Of a stretch of 64,000 nucleotides of DNA, positions 45,715-60,760 are shown piece by piece. The notes beneath the pieces were generated by a model. That model made no database searches and was not told the DNA's origin. It saw nothing but the letters and a program-made list of their open reading frames with translations. The stretch lies in assembly GCA_951406725.2 (NCBI GenBank), contig OX597829.1:57846001-57910000 (forward strand), given 5' to 3'. A program made the position numbers and the translations under genes. This stretch comes from Octopus vulgaris (lineage: Eukaryota). Positions within the stretch are counted from its first letter, which is position 1. Each line of letters begins with the position of its first letter.

Positions 45715-48700
45715 CATTTGACCAAAGAGGTAAGTGTTTGTCTCTAATCCTTTCGCTCGAGTCCACTACACACATTCTTTCACCATGGCCAGCAGTACGA
45801 TGAAAACTGCCTTGCCTTCCCGGTTGAGGGTGGAGCAATTTCCTCGATAGACTCGGCCGACAGGCGGACTCGCCCCACACGTGACAGCAGCCGTTCGGCA
45901 TAAGCCCACAGATCCGAAATGGTTGGACACTGCATGAGTGCGTGCAGAACGGTTTTGTCGCTCTGCCCGCATCTCGGGCAAGTCAATCTGGTGTGTCTCG
46001 AACCGTGCCTGTAGAACTTAACCCGAACAGGTAATGCTTCTCAATAGCACTGCCAGGCCAGGGATCTTTGGTGATTGTCCATAAGTCCCGACCCGAATGT
46101 TGTCCTGAATAGGCGGGTCGGGTGTTCCTCGTCGACGCCCAGATTCTACCCGAGAACGTCGTCGCACCTCCCTTCCACTAATCCTCTATAGAATGCCTTT
46201 GTTGTAATGAAGTCGCACAAGTTTGGTCCCGGACGGCAGAGTTGCTTGAGAGCAACGCGACACTCGCGGTGCCATTCGCCAAGCCTCGGTCTCTGTTTGA
46301 TCCACGATTGTAGTTCGACCAAGGAGACGAGCTGTGGGAAAGCGCGTCGCACAAACGTCGACTACACATGTTGACCGTCGTCTATGAAGCGCCGGAGATA
46401 TCGCAGTCTCAGCGCATGTCTACGCATCATCAACCACGGCATGCTTAGCCCTCCATTTAGCGGGTGTTGACAGCAAATGGATCGCCTAACCATCGGAATG
46501 ATTCCTTTCCACAGGAAGCGGAAGAGTATGCGTTCCAGTTTGGTGATGGTAAGGTTGGGACAAGGCACGACGGTCAGACGATAATCGATGACGGATGCGA
46601 TGTACGCGTTCACCACCTCCGCCCGACCTTTTAGGGATAGCTTCCTCTCGGCCCATTGCTGAGTGAGAGTGGCCACCCTAGTCGTTATTTCACCCCAGTT
46701 CTTCTCCACTTGGAGGTCCGGACCGAATCAGACTCCGAGCAATTTAACCGGTCCGTCGGTCCAGCGTCCCACAATAGAGTCGCCGTTGGACGGCATGGGC
46801 TTGCTTCTCCAGGTGCCGAGCCGCAAGTCCACTGACTTTTCCCGGTTAATTTTTGCTCCCGTTACCGCTTCGTATTCTTTTAGTGTCTCGCCGACCAGCT
46901 CGATGTGCTTGTGGTTCGACATTATGATGGTGACGTCGTCCGCGTATACAGACACGCTCCTCCCGCTTCCCAGCTCTCGTGGGATACCCCTCAGAGTCGC
47001 CGGTTTCCGCAGTAGTGGCTCAAGAGTCAATACATACAGAAGCCATGAGAGGGGGCATCCTTGACGAACCGAACGCATGATGTTAAAAGGTCTGGATAGA
47101 TGACAATTTACGCGAACTACTGAACGGATGCCGCTGTATAAGGCAGCGATCCAACCGCGGAATATGGGGCCGAAACCAGCCGCTTTAAGGACAGCCGCCA
47201 AGTAGTGATGGTCTACCCTATCGAAAGCTTTTGATTGATCCAAATTGATCAGTGCTCCACCCATTCCAAGTTCGTTAACTACCCTGTCTATGATGTAGCG
47301 CAAAAGATGGAGGTTGTCATGGATACTCCTACTCGCCACGACGCACGTTTGCGCCTTGTCGACTAGTTTCTCGATGACAAGCGCCAACATCTCGGCTAAC
47401 ATCTTGGCCAAAATTTTCAAATCTGCGTTGAGCAGAGTGATAGGCCTAAAGGTATCTATGACGTCCCCTTGTTTAGATCTTTCTTTAGCAGTGCTCCTCG
47501 CTTTACAAAGGCGGGGATACTCCCGTTTTGCTGCTAGTTGCAGTAGACAGCTGCCAAGACGTCTCCACACAAGTCTGGCATATGAGAATAAAGTTCGTAG
47601 GGCAGACCATCCAAACCTGGTGACTTGTCTGTCGCGCAGCCTGCCATCGCATCCCGTATGTCCGCGGCTATCGTGGGTCTTTCACAACACTTCGCCCTTC
47701 TTGCTGAGAGTCGTAGCAGGCCATGCAGGTAGGCACTAAAGTCCACTCTGTGTTCAGACCCACCAGTTGTCCCGAACAGTCGGGCAAAGTGTTGTTGAAA
47801 GACCTCACACATCCTTTCGGGCTCGAGTAATTCGCGCCCCTGTTCATCTGTAAGTGACCTAATGGTGACTCTGTTGCCTCGTTGTGCCTCCGCCACTCGG
47901 GCCTCTCGGGCGGCTCCAACTTCTTCGTTCCTCAGAGCACGCATCCTTCGTGTTTGGCGTTGAGGTGTTGGTCGAGAGCCAACCTCGCTGCCAGTACGTT
48001 GGACGCGATGTCAATTTTAAGTGCTTCTTCTAAATTCTTAACTAAGTCTCCCTCTATTCTATTTCGGTCTAATACTAGGGCCTTACTGTACCTAACCGAT
48101 TCTGCTTTAATTGCTTTCTTTAATACACACCACCATCTGTTGTTGATGACGGCACCCGTCGATGCTCTCTTGACTAATGTGCTAATCCGGTCCCGGTAAG
48201 CCTGGCGTGCCGTGAAAGACGCGTTCAGCTTCCAGTAACCGGGACCCTGCCTATGTGTCCTATCTAAGTCAAGTGTACAAGTGAAAAATTTGTGGTTTGT
48301 GTAGCTGACTATATGGAATTGTGGACAACCTACACTATCCTTATCCACTGTCCTACAGAATACTCTATCTAAGTACGATCTGGATGACCTGATGCGGTTG
48401 CTCCATGTCCACATTGGCAGATTCGGTACCTGTCAGACAGTTGGAAACGTCTGAGCAGGTCTTTGATGCATTTGCATACCCTCCTATTATTATCTCTGCC
48501 CACGTAGTCTAGATGCGTGTCCAGGGTGGCGTTCCAATCCCCCACTAAAAGTAAAGGTCGAGACGTACCCAGGAAAACCTCTAGACGTCGAAAGAAATCT
48601 GGCCGGCCTGTTAAGGACGGTGCATAAACTGTTATCAGTCGAAAAGCACAATCATTGCTGCCATCGACATCCAAGACGACCAGCCTACCCTCTGGGTCTA

Positions 48701-48929
48701 GGAAAATTGCTCTTACTTTGAGGTCCAGACTCTTCCGAAGAAGCACCGCGGTGCCACCTCCGCCCATTATCGGCAGACACGGAGAAAAATAAATGTCGAA
48801 ATGTCCGCCGAACATGTGCTGGAGTGCTCGCGGGCTGTGGAGTCTGGTCTCGCTGATGGCTATGATATGCAGATTTTGTGACTTGAAGTCGTTTAACAGG
48901 TAGCCTTGTTTCTAAGGCGATCCTAAGCC
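45715..48929 (-). mobile_element. Tx1-clade LINE copy 3: decayed ORF2 (APE + RT + CCHC)
   Basis: Same motifs as copies 1 and 2, with many stops and frameshifts. Confidence 0.92.
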
Positions 48930-49001
48930 ATGTTCATTTATACTGCTTATTTTGAGCATGTTGCTATCGAAAGTTGTGTTTTACATACGAAAGGAAGACG
49001 A

Positions 49002-49890
<889 letters not shown>

Positions 49891-49935
49891 AGATAGAGAG
49901 ATAGATCGACAGACAGACAGACAGATAGATAGATC

Positions 49936-50984
<1,049 letters not shown>

Positions 50985-51540
50985 TAGATAGACAGACAGA
51001 CAGACAGACAGGCAGGCAGGTAGGCAGGCAGACAGAAAGATAGATAGACCTACGTCGCTTGAAGCTCTTCTCGGCATCAATTGGTTAAGAGTTATCTCCC
51101 CTTCATTGAAACTGATTTCTTCATTGAAAACGAAAGCGGGACGTCCCGCGGTCAATCGGCGTCGATCATTCAAATATATTTAAAGATATTTAAATATATT
51201 TAAATATATGTAAACCTCAAAACGGCCCAGAGCGACATTTTGTTAATTAATCATGCTCTTAATTAACTTATTAAGTAAACTACCTCGACATTTCGCTTTC
51301 GATCGATCTTTTATCAGGCAGAATGTCACCTTAGGTTTAACAAGGAAAGCTTCTCTGAGGTAGGTTTATTTCCCATTTTGTCCCCGAAGCGGACCCTTTC
51401 GATGTGTATTTAACTTGTTTTGTTTTTTTTTATATAGACATTTAGGGACCAGTAGTCCCTAAATGTGTTCATATTTCGCTGATATCCTTTCAAAACTTCC
51501 GTTTGTGTTGTATCAACAGCAACGGTAGGCGAATGCGTGT

Positions 51541-52420
51541 GACCCCTTCGTCTTCGTTCCCTCGTAATTTCCAGAAAAATGGATATTTTTTAATGAAATC
51601 GTGTAAAAATGTGCTTCAGATTGTGTAGATTCTGCTTATATTGAAGTATATGGGGAAATGGATTTTTCGAGGGTGGTTTAAGGATGAAGTCAGCAGGGTA
51701 CACAATCGTAGAAATGCCCATGACTTTTCTATAGATATGTGACCTCTTCATCTTCGTTTCCTCATTGCTTCCAGAAAAATGGATATTTTAAAATGAAACC
51801 CTCTCAAAATGTTCTTCAGATTGTGTAGATTCTGATTATATCAGGGTATGTGGTAAAAAGGATTTTTCGAGGGTTGTTTAAGGATGAAGTCGGCGGGGTA
51901 TACAATCGCCGAAATGCCAATTTCTTTTCTATAAATGTATGACCTCTGCGAATTTGTTTCCTCATAGCTTCCAGAAAAATGGATATTTTTAAATGAAATC
52001 ATGTAAAAATCTCCTTCAGATTGTGTAGATTCTGATTATATCAGGGTATATGGTGATAAGGATTTTTCGAGGGCGGTTTAAGGATGAAGTCCGCAGGGTA
52101 CACAATCGTAGAAATGCCCATGACTTTTCTATAGATATGTGACCTCTTCATCTTCGTTTCCTCATTGCTTCCAGAAAAATGGATATTTTTAAATGAAGTT
52201 TTCTACAAATATGCCTGAGATGATGTAGATTTTGGCTATATCGATATATATATCGAAAAGATTTTTTTTCTTCCGAAGGTGAGATAAATTTCGTAATATT
52301 CACACGAGGCGGTTGTCTTTCCTCATAACTATATGAAAAATTGGTGATTTTTAAATGAAACCTTTCGAAATAACTTTCACATTGTGAAGATTACAGTTAT
52401 ATCGGAATTTAACACAACAA
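51541..52420. repeat. 200-bp tandem repeat (about 4 units), with an inverted partial unit at 52540-52630
   Basis: GACC(C/T)CT.. starts at 51541, 51741, 51941 and 52141. Confidence 0.9.
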
Positions 52421-52681
52421 ACAAACATCCGTGGATTCATATACAAAAACTAACACACGTCACAAAATGAAATTCCGAAATAAAATTTTGATACGTCTCT
52501 GTTTGTATGTCTAACCCCTGTTCTACTTTCCCCATCAAATCCCGATATAATCGTAATTTATACACCCTCAAAAATATCTGTAGAAAATTTCATTCAAAAA
52601 TACCCCTTTTTCTGGAAGTTATGAGGTAAGAAAATTTAAATTTTACAAACAAATTTTTTCTCAGAATCGCCATTTTCGATT

Positions 52682-52729
<48 letters not shown>

Positions 52730-53579
52730 GACAGGCTTCGTTCAGTTTCCATCTACCAAATCCACTCACAAGGCTTTGGTCGGCCCGAGGCTATAGTAGA
52801 AGACACCTGGCCAAGCTGCCACGCAGTGGGACTGAACCCAGAACCATGTGGTTGTTAAGCAAGCTACTTACTGCGCAGCTACTCCTGAAATCGAATTCGA
52901 TCAAAAACCAATGGAAATTGTAGTTGTGATACCAGTGCTGGTGGCACGTAAAAGAACCATCAGAAGATGGCCATTACTTACCACACACCCACTCCTACGC
53001 CTTACATTATATTATCACAGTTTTGTGAGATTTGGCTGTTATTTCTAGCATCTGTATAGCCTGCTTGAAGGCCTGAGGTTATAAATAATTAATTGGCCCT
53101 TTTCGTCTATGTAGACAGTCAATTTTGCTTAGAGGTTGCTTAATTAAAAAACAGGGGATCCCTTTCCTGCAGCTTCTTTCATGGAAGATGTGTAGCGTGA
53201 CGCAAGAAGGACAGCACCGTTTTGTACGAGATATCGCTGGCGGCCATTGCCAGGTCTGAGACAAGAGCGATGTCTTGCCTACAACCATGTTTGCCATGCA
53301 CGAAAGCACAGCAAGACTCTTGTGGACAACATTCATTTAAGGAGGTGTATTAAGCAACCCACTCTTTTCTCTCGTGTTGGCACGGTGAACAACACCACAA
53401 CCCAGCAGCTCACAGTGGTTTCTTAACCCGCTCTAACTTTGCCCCTTATCTCCAGATTTAATGTACCTCTCGCGAACGGAGCTAGTGAACTACGCATTGA
53501 CATACAGACGGTTGCTGAGAGCAAACTTCCATGAAATGAGAACCAAATAAGCAACTATTGAATCGAAATCAAATCAAAT

Positions 53580-54660
53580 CAAATTTTCAAATTCGATTAC
53601 TGGCATCCGTGCCAGTGGAGCACTAAAGGCACCATCTGAGCATCTTCGCTGCCAGAGCAGCTGTGACTGGCTTATGTGCCTGTGGCACATAAAAATCACC
53701 ATTTGAGCTTGGTCGTTACCAGCGTTGCCTTACTGTCACTTGTGCTGGTGGCACGTGACAAAACATTCGAGCAAGGTAGTTGCCAGTACCGCCGGACTGG
53801 CCCTCATGCCGGTGGCACATAAAACAACCCACTACACTCTCGGAGTGGTTGGCGTTAGGAAGGGCATCCAGCTGTAGAAACTCTGCCAGATCAAGATTGG
53901 AGCCTGGTGCAGCCATCTGGATCACCAGTCCTAAATCATATCGTCCAACCCATGCCAGCATGGAAAGGGAACGTTAAGATAATAATGATAATATAATATC
54001 ATCATCATCATCATCATCGTTTAACGTCCGTTCTCCATGCTAGCATGAAATAGAAAAAAAAATCTATCTTTATTCCTTCTTTTGCTGGTGTCTCAAATTT
54101 AGGTTAAATTAGTGTTTCTCAAAGGGGAGGCCTATGGGATGGGGGCAGACAAGTTGTTTTGAGAAAATTTAGTTTAAATGTTCAACAACTCAGTACCGTC
54201 CATTGGACGGGGGTGCGTTTTGCTCATATATATATATAAGTGTATATTTATATATATGTATGTATAATATAATCAACATCATCGTCGTTTAATGTCTGTT
54301 TTCCATGCTAGCATGGGTTGGACGATTTGACTGAGGACTTGCGAACCAGATGGCTGCACCAGGCTCCAGTCTGATCTGGCAGAGTTTCTACGGCTGGATG
54401 CCCTTCCTAACGCCAACCACTCTGAGAGTGTAGTGGCTGCTTTTATGTGCCACCGACACGAGGTCCAGTCAGGCTGTACTGTAAATGGCCACACTCAAAT
54501 GGTGTTTTTTATGTGCCACCTGCACAGGAGCCAGTCCAGCAGCACTGGCAGTGACCTCGCTTGACTGGTAATGACCATGCTCAGATGGTGCTCATAGCAC
54601 TCCACCAACACGGATGCCAGTCATCAATTTTGATTTCACTTGCCTCAACAGGTCTTCGCA
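53580..54660. mobile_element. Two RTE-type 3' UTR/SINE tails in opposite orientation
   Basis: GGAGTGGTTGGCGTTAGGAAGGGCATCCAGC..CCATGCTAGCATGGAAA..(GAT)n, as found downstream of the RTE ORF at 56580-56800. Confidence 0.7.
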
Positions 54661-54689
54661 AGCAGAGTTTAGTGTCCAATGAAGGAAAG

Positions 54690-55360
54690 GTTGCCAGGTT
54701 TTCTCAGTCACAGCATATTTCCAAAGGTCTCATTAACTGGTCATTGCCTCGGTGAGGCTTAATGTTCGATGGTCATGCTTCACCACCTCATCCCAGATTT
54801 TCCGGGGTCTACCTATTCCACAGGTTCCCTCAACCGCTAGGGTGTGACACTTTTTCACACAGCTATCCTCATCCATTCTCACCATATGACCATACCAGCA
54901 CAGTCATATCTCTTGCACACCACATCTGATGCTTCTTAGGTCCAACTTTTCTCTCAGGGCACATACACTATGTCATAGGCCATGTGTTATGGTCTTACTT
55001 GGCTTGCCGGGTTTTTTCAAGCACAGCATACTTCCAAAGGTCTTGCTCACTAGTCATTGCCTCGGTGAGGCCTAATGTTTGAAGGTCGTGCTTCACCACC
55101 TCATCCCAGATCTTCCTGGGTCTACCTCTTCCACAGGTTCCCTCAACCGCTAGGGTGTGACACTTTTTCACACACCTATCTTCATCCATTCTCACCACAT
55201 GACCATACCAGCACGGTCATATCTCTTGCACACCACAGCTGATGCTTCTCAGATCCAACTTTTCTCTCAAGGTATTTACACTCTGTCGTGTATGCACACT
55301 GACATTACACATCCATCGGAGCATAATGGCTTCATTCCTTGCGAGCTTACGCATGTCCTC
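54690..55360 (-). mobile_element. Duplicated RTE-clade LINE ORF 3' fragments
   Basis: WYGHVVRMDEDRCVKK..RGRPRKIWDEVVKHDL occurs twice. Confidence 0.8.
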
Positions 55361-56029
55361 AACAAGAGTTAAGGAATGGAGTCAATGAGATCCGTCTAAA
55401 TATGTTTCATAGCAACAAGCAATAAAAAACATTACCTTTTTCCCTTCATCAGTGTCAGTATACCCAGACATAAATATAGATTGGAATACGGTTTCTATTT
55501 TCTTCCTATCCCCCATAGATACCGAGAAAATCGATTAAAACATTTTGTAATGGAATTCCCCTGTTTGATCCACCATTAAAACAACCAGTTGCTCACACAG
55601 CCAGCATATACTATTTCGCTAACAACAAGGGGAGTACAGGATGACAGTCAGCCAAAACTTTCACTATGCTGTCTCTCTTCTTTCACCTCTGTGGAGTTAA
55701 TAATCTTAATCTTTAGTTACAGTTTCTCATTCAAACTACATAATAGGCAGAGTTGTCGGAGTAAGACAGTAGGGTGTTTTGAGGGAGATTTGCCTGCTAC
55801 TTTTGCCAGGTCTAGCTACCTTGTAGAGGTCTGAACTTAAGTTTCATTCACATATTTGCATTTCAAAAATTTCACATAATCTTTTCCATAAATCAACTAT
55901 AGTAAAAATATGCATACACATCCATATCTTTCAATTACTGCTCTCGGCAAATAAAATTTTTACGGATACAACTGCTTACAAAAATAGGGATTAATGTATA
56001 ATTTCTTTCTATGTTCATAATTAAATCAA

Positions 56030-56800
56030 TGTAGGTAGTGAAACATGGGCCGTGACTGCAGAGGACATGTGTCAGCTCAAAATAAATGAAGCTAGCATGA
56101 TCCACTGGATGTGTAATGTCAGTGTGCACGCACAATAGAGTGTAAGCATCCTGAGAGAAATGCTGGACATAAGAAGCATTGGATGTGGCATGCAAGAGAG
56201 ACGTCTGCGCTGGTATGGTCATGTACTACGGATGGATGAGGAGAGATGTGTGAAGAAATGCCACTCCCAAACAGTTGGAAGTATCAGGTGGAGAGGTAGA
56301 CCCAAGAAGACATGGGATGAGGTAGTCAAGCATGACCTTCGAACGCTGGACCTCACAGAGGCAATGACAAAAAAACGAGATTTCTGGAGATACGCTGTGA
56401 CTGCGAAGACCCAACAAATAACATGAGTTCATGGCTGTTTCCTGCACAAGCTTCACATAGAAGCCCCAGCCTATCCAAAGTACCTTGGATTGCAGAACGG
56501 CCTGCTGTGCTTACCTTGAATTGTAGGGCGACCTGCTGTGCTTGAGGAGCCCTATTGAGTCGAGTACATCAACATCAAAAAATCAAATGGAAATTGTAGT
56601 TGGATACCTGTGCCAGTGGCACGTAAAAAGCACCCACTACACTCACGGAGTGGTTGGCGTTATGAAGAGCATCCAGCTGTAGAAACACTGCTAGATCAGA
56701 CTGGGCCTGATGCAGCCTCCTGGCTTCCCAGACCCCAGTCGAACCGTCCAACCCATGCTAGCATGGAAAACGGACATTAAACGATGTTGATGATGATGTT
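56030..56800 (+). mobile_element. RTE-clade LINE 3' end with UTR and (GAT)n tail
   Basis: GSETW, RRLRWYGHVLRMDEER..RGRPKKTW. Confidence 0.82.
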
Positions 56801-57089
56801 TTAATGATTAGGCAGAGGTCCAATTGAATAGCTCTCAGAAACAGACTATGTACAAATTCGTTCTTCACAACTCCTGAAGCTGTTTTCTGACAGAGTGGGG
56901 GAGTCAGGAAATTTTCATACAGCTGGAGGTTCCAGTCGAAGCAGGGGACCCGAAATGATAAGATTCAGAAATGCTGTTATAGATATTCTTTTCAATTAAT
57001 CATGCATTATCTCATATCTTTGAATTTTGATGACGTGATTGTATCTGGATGTTTTGCGTTCTTGTCCCATTTGTATTTTATATATATAT

Positions 57090-58250
57090 ATCTGTATATA
57101 TATAAAAGGCATGATGTGTATGTGAATGTAAATATGCACGTCCACAAATTAGCACGCATGTCGCTCAAATTTTAGGAGGACATTCGTCACGACCCTAGCT
57201 GTATTTTCGTCAAATTATTTTCCTCCCCCGAGGCAGCAGCAAATAACGGTAAAAATAATTTTGAGCCATAACTTTTAAACATTTTTCAAGTCAAAGAAAT
57301 ACGCCATTTGCAAATATGAGTTAAGTCCCCTTCTAGCGACGGTGTAAAGAGAGGGAGAACAGATTTTTAAAATTTCGTAGGGGTTGTTATGTATGTATGT
57401 ATGTGTGTGTGTTGCCTGAGACACGCTCCTTCGCAAACGATCAGCTATTATTTTGTAAACAATGTTTCAAAAATAGGTGTATGTACGTATCTGTTTGTGT
57501 GTGTGTCTTGCCCATATATTACATACTTAGTTGTGATCTGAACATAACCGCTGCTCACACAGAGGATCGGGGGCCCTTTTGGGCATTCTATTTTCCTTGC
57601 TAGAGGGGTTCCCAACCCATGGGCAAAGTGGGGTGGTGTTTTCAAAAGGGCTGGTATATGCAACCTGATCACCTCTGCTGATCAAACTCCCAACCCATGC
57701 ACTCCCGTCACAACACTGATTCTGCAGAACTGGGTTGGGTGTGAAAACCAACTTTAAAGTATAAATTTAGATGGTTTTGAATCAGCAATATTGTATTCGG
57801 TTAAGTCCTATTTGAGGTGAAAAATCAATAAACTGATTCCTTATGGGGTTTTCTATTTAATCAGGATTTTTAAAAAATCAACAAACCAATTCCTTATCGG
57901 ACTTTCCACTAAAATTGGTTACACCCAACTCTCAGCCATAACTTTTACCAATTTTGATGTATATCGTTCAAACTTGATGCCAGCATTACTGAGGACTCGT
58001 GGGATCTTTGAATGCTTTAATTTCTCCAAAAATGGAAAAAAAAAAATCAATGAGTGGAAAAAATCGATAAACCGATTCCTTATGGAATCTCCCAATCAAA
58101 TTGGGACTTAAGGAAAGGGGTCAATAGGATCCATCTAAATGTTTCATAGCAACAAGTGATAAAAACATTACTTTTTTGCCTTCATCAGCATCGGTATACC
58201 CAGGCATTAATATACGAGCGGCCACAGAGTTGCGTCTTCGCTTAGCTTAT
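57090..58250 (+). mobile_element. Possible non-autonomous Helitron-like repeat
   Basis: Starts TCTGTATATATATAAAAG. The 3' part is duplicated at 55370-55480. No clean CTAG end. Confidence 0.3.
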
Positions 58251-58369
58251 ACTCTTCAAAACTTACAGATATTTGCTGCGAAGTAGAATTCATATCCTCT
58301 TATAGCTATGTGCAGTGTGTTACAGGTCTAGTCCGCAGTTAATACAGTTTTGATCAAGGGGTTTTCTTT

Positions 58370-58724
58370 TATTCTTTTACTTGTTTCAGTCATCTGACTG
58401 CGACCATGCTGGAACACCTTTAGTTGAACAAATCGATCCCAGGATTTACTCTTTGTAAGCCTGGTACTTATTCTATCGGTCTCCTTTCACCGAACCGCTA
58501 AGTTACGGGGATGTCAACACACCAACATCGGTTGTCAAGCGATGGTGGGAGAACAAACACACACACACATACACATATATATACAATGGGCTTCTTTCAG
58601 TTTCCATCTACCAAATCCACTCACAAGGCTTTGGTTGGCCCAAGGCTATAGTAGAAGACACTTGCCCAAGGTGCCACGCAGTGGGACTGAACCCGGAACT
58701 ATGTGGTTGGTAAGTAAGTTACTT
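58370..58724 (-). mobile_element. SINE-A, truncated at the same head position that E1 and E2 target
   Basis: Family alignment ends at GGTAAGTAAGTTACTT. Confidence 0.85.
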
Positions 58725-58735
58725 TAATTATTATA

Positions 58736-59447
58736 CCTATATCTATAAAGCTGAAATGCGAAAAAGTTGTTTGAATTCTTGGTTATTTGTCTCATTTTGG
58801 GATGGGAACAGTTTAAGGTTGATGGGGTCAGATTGGCACCAAAATTTACACTGGTGGGGGGTAAAATAGGATGGGCAATGGTGTGAGGAGGGTTGCAAGT
58901 CACTTGGGGCTACCGTTTGGTTGTCATGGTGAGAAATATAGGAAAAATTGAGTTTTATGGGATAGACAGGTTGCGCTGTTTGAATAATGGTGGCTTTTTG
59001 TGTTGCTGCAGGGGCTAGAGGCTGTTATCTTTAATTGTGGGTGTAAAAATTTGGAGGATTTTGGAAAGGAGGGGTAAAATTTTTCAACTTTTAAAAAGAG
59101 TACATTTTTGCCCTATTTTTAGATTTTACTTTTTTCTGTTTGCATTATTTGGTTGACATGGGTAAAAATGGCATTGTGTTAAAGGCCAAAATTTTAGCTT
59201 TCATTTGCATCACAAACCACCAAAATATACCCGTAAAAAGTATCAAATTTCACAAAATTCTAAGTAATTTTGAATTATTTTTGTGATTTTACGTGCACGC
59301 GTAAGAGAAAGCGAGGGAGAGTCTGAGAGAAAGGAAGAGTAAGAGAGAAACAAAGAGGGAGAATGTGGAGATAAAAAACAGAAAGGAAGCAAAAGAAAGT
59401 AACAACCACACCCTCACCCGTGCGTAGAGCGGGTCACCTTAAGCTAG
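58736..59447 (+). mobile_element. Non-autonomous Helitron
   Basis: 5' CTATATCTATAAAG, 3' hairpin ACCCG-tgcgtagag-CGGGT, 9-nt spacer, terminal CTAG followed by T. Confidence 0.7.
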
Positions 59448-59487
59448 TATATATATATATATTTAAAACCTTATGTTTTATTTTCAG

Positions 59488-59824
59488 GTTTGTTTCTGGA
59501 AAAACAGTTCAAAAAATAACCAACCATAAGGAATTAGTTTGGCATTTCAGCAAAGCGATTCGAAAGCCACGAATATTCACATTTTCAAATAAACCCAGCA
59601 CTTTGTCTAGACCTTTATTCAATTTTCAAACCCTTCAGCTCTCAGCAATCGGACTAAGCTCTTTGTACATGTGTAAAAACCTCGTCCTAGATGCGAATTG
59701 CGATCCTTGCAGAGTTGTCGAGCAGGCTGTTGAAGAGTATGAAACTGGAAGATTCTGTTTTGACTGGGAGGGCTTCGTTGCTTTGATTTTGCCGGACGGT
59801 CTGACCATTCTTGGAGCCATAGCA
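59488..59824 (+). CDS. Candidate internal coding exon of an unidentified host gene
   Basis: TTTTATTTTCAG acceptor, GCA|GTGAGT donor, 337 nt open and non-repetitive (FVSGKTVQ..CFDWEGFVALILPDGLTILGAIA). Confidence 0.6.
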
Positions 59825-59834
59825 GTGAGTATAT

Positions 59835-60377
59835 TTCTTTACTCTTTTACTTGTTTCAGTCATCTGAGTGTGGGCATGCTGAAGCACCGCCTTTTTAGTC
59901 GAGTAAATCGAACCCCAGGACTTATTCTTTGTAAGCCTAGTGCTTATTCTAGCAGTCTCCTTTTGCCAAACCACCTAAGTTACCGGGACGTAAACACACC
60001 ACCATCGGTTGTCAAGCAATGTTGGGGGGACAAACACAGACACACAAACATATACACACACACATATATACATATATATATATATCATCATCATCATCAT
60101 CATCATCGTCAGTGTTTCTACGGCTGGATGCCCTTCCTAACGCCAACCACTCCGTGAGTGTAGTTATTATTATTATTATTATTGTTATTATTATTATTCA
60201 TTTTGTTCATCGTGTACAAGTACGTATGTGTTCAATATTGTTTTTTTCAATTTTAGAAAAACTGAAACATGTCATGGACAATTCTAGAACATATTGAATT
60301 TTGTGCATGACTTTTGGCTCATCCAGTATGTATGTATATGTATGTATGTATGTGTGTGTATGTATATGTATGTATAC

Positions 60378-60408
<31 letters not shown>

Positions 60409-60577
60409 TATATACGAAGGGCTTTATTCAGTTTCCGTCTACAAAATCCACTCACAAGGCTTTGGTCGGCCCGAGGCTATAGTGGAAGACACTTGCCCAA
60501 GGTGCCACGCAGTGGGACTGAACCCGGAACCATGTGGTTGGAAAGCAAGCTACTTACCACAGAGCAACTCCTGCGCC

Positions 60578-60610
<33 letters not shown>

Positions 60611-60760
60611 GTGTGTATACGACAGGCTTCTTTTAGTTTCCGTCTACCAAATCCACTGACAAGGCTTTGGTCAGTCTGAGACTATAGTAGAAGACACTTG
60701 CCCAAGGTGCCATGCAGTGGGACTGAACCTGGAACCATGTGGTTGGTAAGCAAGCTACTT
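59835..60760 (-). mobile_element. Cluster of SINE-A pieces, the last split by E2
   Basis: Family alignment. Confidence 0.85.

Noticed and set aside
55520-55645. Possible small exon after a pyrimidine tract and TAG
   Set aside because: No convincing donor before the stop codon and no recognisable protein.
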